From assembly GCA_944389555.1 (NCBI GenBank), contig CALXMU010000001.1:2406-66405 (forward strand): a DNA stretch of 64,000 bases, written 5' to 3'. Under the pieces are notes generated by a model. It worked only from the letters and a program-made list of their open reading frames with translations. It made no database searches and was not told where the DNA came from. Below, piece by piece: positions 59,335-64,000 of this stretch; positions within the stretch are counted from its first letter, which is position 1; every line of letters starts with the position of its first letter. Both the position numbers and the translations under genes were made by a program. Source of the DNA: an uncultured Alphaproteobacteria bacterium (GTDB lineage Bacteria > Pseudomonadota > Alphaproteobacteria > Rs-D84).

Positions 59335-60550
59335 ATTCGTAACGTAAACTATCAATAGGATTCAATTTTGCCGCTTTCATTGCCGGCATCACCCCAGAAG
59401 CAAGCCCGACAACCACTGCAACAGTAACAGATACAACCACCGGCCAAGCACTAAACGGTACATTATAACCTAAAACAAAGCGCCCAATTCCTTGCGATAA
59501 ACCAACACCTAATATTAGCCCGGCCATAGACCCTATAAACGATATTAATATGGCTTCTGATAAAAATTGAACAATTATATGCCTTTCTCTGGCACCAATT
59601 GCTTTTCTTATGCCTATTTCACGCGTTCTTTCCGCAACCGATACCAACATCATATTCATAATACCAATGGAACCAACCAATAACGATACCGCAGCAATAG
59701 CAACTAACAATAGTGTCATATAACCAGTAACCGTATCCATTGCTTCCATAACTTGTTTCATGTCCATAATTTGAAAGTCGTCGGCTGTACCCTCTGCCAG
59801 TTTATGCCGTTCTCGCAATAAAGCAGTTATCTGTTCTATAACTAATGCATTATCAGCACCTTCGTGTAATTTTAATGTTATCATACTTACTGCGTCGGGG
59901 AACCGGCTACCTTGCAAACGTTTTTTCAACGTTGTTATCGGGATTATTATCATATCGTCCTGACTTCCCATTGCAGAATCGCCGCGCTCTTTTGTCATTC
60001 CAATTATAGTAAATGGGGTGTTTTGAACACGAATTATTTCGCCAACTGGATTTTCTGGCATCTGCAATTCTTCCGCCGTCTGCGGTCCAATTATAGCGTA
60101 AGTAGAACCATTTCGAACGGCAGATTGATTAAAGAATGTACCATATTCCATCTCAAGATTCTGAACCTGTTCATATCCAGGATATGCGCCCACCATAGAT
60201 GTTGCCCAGTTCTGGTTACCATAAATAACCTGAGCCGCTGCATTTTGAACGGGGCTATATGATGCCACGTCCGGTAACTTACCTATAAATTCCGCGTCTT
60301 GAATGGTTAAGGTTTGACGATTACCGGTTCTTACACCGGCACTTTGAGCCGCACCAGCACGTATCATTATGGTATTCGTACCTAAAGAAGAAAATTGGTC
60401 ACTAATCTGTTTTGAAACCGTTTCACCTACGGCGACCATTATCACAACAGCCATAACCCCGATAACAATGCCCAAAACCGTTAAAAAAGAACGAATTTTA
60501 TTTCCGCTGATGGACAACCAAGATTCTTTAAAAATATCACTCAATGTCAT
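59333..60550 (-). CDS. MacB-like ABC transporter permease
   Basis: NKIRSFLTVLGIVIGV, GIMNMMLVSVAERTREIGIRKAIGA, NPIDSLRYE. Confidence 0.93.
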   Translation of the reverse strand: MTLSDIFKESWLSISGNKIRSFLTVLGIVIGVMAVVIMVAVGETVSKQISDQFSSLGTNTIMIRAGAAQSAGVRTGNRQTLTIQDAEFIGKLPDVASYSPVQNAAAQVIYGNQNWATSMVGAYPGYEQVQNLEMEYGTFFNQSAVRNGSTYAIIGPQTAEELQMPENPVGEIIRVQNTPFTIIGMTKERGDSAMGSQDDMIIIPITTLKKRLQGSRFPDAVSMITLKLHEGADNALVIEQITALLRERHKLAEGTADDFQIMDMKQVMEAMDTVTGYMTLLLVAIAAVSLLVGSIGIMNMMLVSVAERTREIGIRKAIGARERHIIVQFLSEAILISFIGSMAGLILGVGLSQGIGRFVLGYNVPFSAWPVVVSVTVAVVVGLASGVMPAMKAAKLNPIDSLRYE

Positions 60551-60576
60551 TTTTATGCCTATTATTTGTTTATTAA

Positions 60577-61320
60577 CTATTTTTGCAACACTCTTTCATC
60601 GCGCGGAACTTTACCGTCATAAGTTATTCTTCCGTCATAAATGTGAATTAAGCGATTAGAATACTTAGCGATTTCAAATTCATGCGTTATCATAACAATG
60701 GTAATGCCCATTTCTTCATTTAATTTCTTAAAAAATTGCAGAATGTCGTTACCCATTTTACTGTCCAAGGCACCCGTAGGTTCGTCTGCTAAAATCAATT
60801 TTGGGTTTCCCGCCAAGGCACGCGCAATTGCAACGCGCTGTTTCATACCACCGGATAGTTGTGTCGGCAGATAAGATTCAAACTTTTCTAACCCGACGCG
60901 CTTTAACATTTCGCGAGCACGGCTTATACGTTCCCCCATCGGCAAACCACGATACATCAAAGGCAACATAACATTATCCAACACACTGCGCTTGGATAAT
61001 AAATTAAACTGCTGGAATACGAAACCTATATATTCATTTCTAACAATAGCTAATTCGTCCGAAGATAAATGAGTTACATCTTTACCATAAAGTTTATAAG
61101 TACCGCTTGTCGGTGTATCTAGCGCACCAATTATATTCATACATGTAGACTTTCCACTACCAGAGGGGCCCATAATAGATACAAATTCACCTTGGTTAAC
61201 ATCAAAAGTTATATCAAACAAAACCTGCTGCTCTCCACCCATTTCAACTGGGAAACTCTTGCAAATTTTGTTCATAGAAATAATATTTACGTCTGATTTT
61301 TTTCCACTGGCTTTTTTCAT
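60577..61320 (-). CDS. MacB/LolD-type ABC ATP-binding protein
   Basis: GPSGSGKST, LSGG.KQRVAIARAL, LADEPTGALD. Confidence 0.93.
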   Translation of the reverse strand: MKKASGKKSDVNIISMNKICKSFPVEMGGEQQVLFDITFDVNQGEFVSIMGPSGSGKSTCMNIIGALDTPTSGTYKLYGKDVTHLSSDELAIVRNEYIGFVFQQFNLLSKRSVLDNVMLPLMYRGLPMGERISRAREMLKRVGLEKFESYLPTQLSGGMKQRVAIARALAGNPKLILADEPTGALDSKMGNDILQFFKKLNEEMGITIVMITHEFEIAKYSNRLIHIYDGRITYDGKVPRDERVLQK

Positions 61321-61412
61321 ATTTCATTCTCTCTTTACCCGTAAAATTATATCATTTATGTTGAAAAAAATTACAAAAAAATAATGGGGCTTTCGCCCCA
61401 TTGTTTTCATCT

Positions 61413-62600
61413 TTACATTGGAGGTCCCATCCGCATACTAGACGAACCAGACGATGTCATACCATATTTTCCAAATATCACTCTATCACCTTCTTGGATT
61501 TCATCCGATATGATTTCTGTTTCTGTTGCGGTTACCAAACCCTTTTGATAAGGAACCAATACAACCGTCGGTTGACCGTCAACCATACGTTGTATCGCCA
61601 AATGAGTACTTGGTGTTGCTTCCCCAGCGTCTTCTACAATTCCATCGAAATTACGCAAAATCAATGCAGAATTCTGAACTTTCCATATATCATTTCTTTC
61701 CGAAATCAAAATCGTGACGAAAGCCGTCATACCAGGTTTTAGACGCAAATCACTATTATCAACGTCAATCACAACCGTGTAAACAACAACGTTTGAAGTA
61801 ACGGTAGGTGATAAACGTACCTGACGCACAGAACCTTCAAAAGTCTGCGTTGGATATGCATCAACGGTAAAGGTTACTTTCTGCCCCTCTGTAATCATAC
61901 CAATATCCGCCTCAGATACCGCTGTTTCTATCTGCATTTTCGAAAGATCTTCCGCAATTTCAAACAAATCTGGCGTTTGGAAAGATGCAGCAACTGTTTG
62001 CCCGACGTCTACCTGACGTGAAATTACAGTACCGTCAACTGGTGAAGTAATCGTTGCATAACCCAAATTTGTAACGGCTCTATCATACTGAGACTGCATC
62101 TTATTTACAGACTGTTCTGCTTGTTCATACGTAGTCTGAGACTGCTCCAACTCAGCCCTAGAAATAAATCCTGCATCAAACAACGTCTTATTACGTTCAT
62201 ATTCACTTTTAGCATAATTGCGTTGAGATTCTGCACTTACTAATGATGCATACGCCTCATCAACCGATGCTTGTAAAACAGACGGTTCTATTTCCAATAA
62301 AATATCGCCTTTCTTTACCTTAGAATTATAGTCGACATATATTGCTTCAATAGTACCACTTACTTGAGAACCAACGTTGATCGTATTCAAAGGTTGAATT
62401 TCACCTGTTGCCGTAACAACTTGACTTAAATTACCGCGGCTAATCGTTGCAGTTGCGAAACCCATGCCTTGCTTATTACTATTGCCGCCCATAAAATAAA
62501 AGACGCCACCAACGATAAGTAATAAAAGAATAATCCACCATTTACGGCGCTTTATCCAAGCCCACAAACCACTTTTTCTCTTTTTTTCTTCGTTATTCAT
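61413..62600 (-). CDS. MacA-like periplasmic adaptor subunit
   Basis: TM, VGSQVSGTI, ITSPVDGTV..R.VDVGQTV, LKPGMTA. Confidence 0.92.
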   Translation of the reverse strand: MNNEEKKRKSGLWAWIKRRKWWIILLLLIVGGVFYFMGGNSNKQGMGFATATISRGNLSQVVTATGEIQPLNTINVGSQVSGTIEAIYVDYNSKVKKGDILLEIEPSVLQASVDEAYASLVSAESQRNYAKSEYERNKTLFDAGFISRAELEQSQTTYEQAEQSVNKMQSQYDRAVTNLGYATITSPVDGTVISRQVDVGQTVAASFQTPDLFEIAEDLSKMQIETAVSEADIGMITEGQKVTFTVDAYPTQTFEGSVRQVRLSPTVTSNVVVYTVVIDVDNSDLRLKPGMTAFVTILISERNDIWKVQNSALILRNFDGIVEDAGEATPSTHLAIQRMVDGQPTVVLVPYQKGLVTATETEIISDEIQEGDRVIFGKYGMTSSGSSSMRMGPPM

Positions 62601-63921
62601 CTACTTCTCCCTCCATTAAACCGTCTTTTATATCACCTATAGCCAATGCCAGCGCAGCACGTTTGGTAAATAAATCGTATTTTGCGGCATTGTTTTGTTT
62701 GTGCGCATCTGCTAAATCAGCCAATGCCGTTTGCCAATCTAGCATTGTTGCTTTACCAACTTTATACATACCAGCAGTAACGTTTTCTGACTCTTTTGCA
62801 GAAGTCAACAACGTCTCAGTCTGTTTCAAAACCATCTGAGCTGTTTTATAGTTCTGATATGCTGTAAAGACATCCAACATCGCATTATCGGTTGTTAAAC
62901 GTTCTTGCTCTTTGGCTTTTTCATAATTTGCTTGTGCCGCACGTACGTTATACATGTTTGAAAACCCAGCAAATATCGGCATAGAAGCCCTTATTCCTAT
63001 ACTACCGCTCCATTCATCCTGACCGGCATTAAATACGTCAGATGGAATATTATTCCACGATAAACTACCGCTAGCAGAAATGCTTGGTAAATTAGATAAA
63101 AAAGCGCTGTTTCTGCGATGCCAAGCTGCATCTTTATTTGCAGAAGCACGCAATAAATCTGGACGCTTTTCACGAGCCTGAGCAATTAAATCATCAATAT
63201 TTTTATTTTCTGATTCAGCACCAAAATCTGATGGCATATCCGCAATTTTTATTTCTTGATCCGCAGGAAATGATAATTTTGCTAATAAATTACCTTTAGC
63301 TATTTCCCTATTATTTTTTGCTCTTTCTAAATCTAAAATACTACTAGATAAAGTAACGTCAGCTTTTAGTACATCTGCCTTTGCTACGGCGCCTGCTTTA
63401 AATTTTGTATCTGCTGTATTCTTTGCCGTTTGCGACACGTCTTTTACCGCCTGAGCAGTAATAACGTCCGCGTCCGCATTCAATAACGCATAATACGCCC
63501 CTATAATTCCATATACATAATTCTGTACAGATTCACTATAATCAAAACCTGTCGCACGCCAAGTATCTATCAATTGGTTAACATCTGATAACCTTTTACC
63601 AAAGTCAAAGATTAAATATGACGCTGAAATGGACGCCCCGTAAGACCAATCAGACCATTCTTTGTTACGATAAGGCAGGCTTGCAGAACCAGATGCACTG
63701 ACACTTGGCAAATATTGCGCATAACCCGCATTTTTATTAAACCTTGCAGATTCCAATGACAAGTATGCCGAAGCGGTTTCCGGATTTCTGCACAGTCCCA
63801 ATTCAATCACTTCTTGTAATGTCAATTCATCATCTGGAACGGTTTCCATAGTAAGGCAATTATCTTCGGCAGCGAATACGCACGTCGGCAAAAAGCATAA
63901 TACAAATAGAAACTTTTTCAT
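62593..63921 (-). CDS. TolC-family outer-membrane efflux protein
   Basis: Signal peptide, LTLQEVI..L.RNP, duplicated P.VS.SG / FDFG / AY repeats. Confidence 0.9.
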   Translation of the reverse strand: MKKFLFVLCFLPTCVFAAEDNCLTMETVPDDELTLQEVIELGLCRNPETASAYLSLESARFNKNAGYAQYLPSVSASGSASLPYRNKEWSDWSYGASISASYLIFDFGKRLSDVNQLIDTWRATGFDYSESVQNYVYGIIGAYYALLNADADVITAQAVKDVSQTAKNTADTKFKAGAVAKADVLKADVTLSSSILDLERAKNNREIAKGNLLAKLSFPADQEIKIADMPSDFGAESENKNIDDLIAQAREKRPDLLRASANKDAAWHRRNSAFLSNLPSISASGSLSWNNIPSDVFNAGQDEWSGSIGIRASMPIFAGFSNMYNVRAAQANYEKAKEQERLTTDNAMLDVFTAYQNYKTAQMVLKQTETLLTSAKESENVTAGMYKVGKATMLDWQTALADLADAHKQNNAAKYDLFTKRAALALAIGDIKDGLMEGEVDE

Positions 63922-64000
63922 TATCCTCTCATTCCCTTATAAATATATTATATATTACAATTTTTCTGTTGAATTACAATTTTTTTTTGCTTAGTATAAT

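Noticed and set aside
1-64000. CRISPR array, IS elements, rRNA, and the many short antisense or overlapping ORFs in the track (e.g. 45902-46546, 50248-50874, 39477-40019)
   Set aside because: No spaced repeats, transposase or rRNA signatures were seen. The short ORFs are shadows of well-supported genes and have no recognisable motifs.

Overview
A gene-dense 64 kb chromosomal segment, AT-rich and with many strong bidirectional intrinsic terminators. It comes from a Gram-negative bacterium, most likely a divergent alphaproteobacterium. That placement is inferred from the DUF4167-like gene, the ZitP-like gene, the RpoH style and the lptF-lptD-surA order; an uncultured host- or gut-associated lineage is plausible but unproven. 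Most of the window is housekeeping: dnaX, skp-lpxD-fabZ, rluD/rluB/rsmE/rlmN/truB/rsmG, rpoH, yfgM-bamB, der, nusA-infB, lptF-lptD-surA, rpsO-pnp-ybaB, mutS, xseB, infC (ATT start), pal, parA-parB with two parS sites, gpsA, a MacAB-TolC-type exporter and tRNA-Val. Interleaved with these genes, with no integrase, relaxase or transposase, are several unusual elements: (1) three tandem PilV-like prepilins followed by a ZitP-like gene, plus a separate PilS-like pilin; (2) an orphan VirD4 coupling protein; (3) large secreted Cys-rich proteins sharing a C-x6-C-x4/6-C motif; (4) AT-rich singleton genes without signal peptides that end in basic tails, namely an LRR plus minimal-kinase protein, three TrpF-like TIM-barrel paralogues and one orphan; (5) an orphan phage tail fibre plus chaperone behind an operator-containing promoter and two terminators. 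The leading hypothesis is a chromosomally domesticated, contact-dependent pilus/T4SS effector-delivery system. All calls come from motif recognition by eye; no database searches were run.
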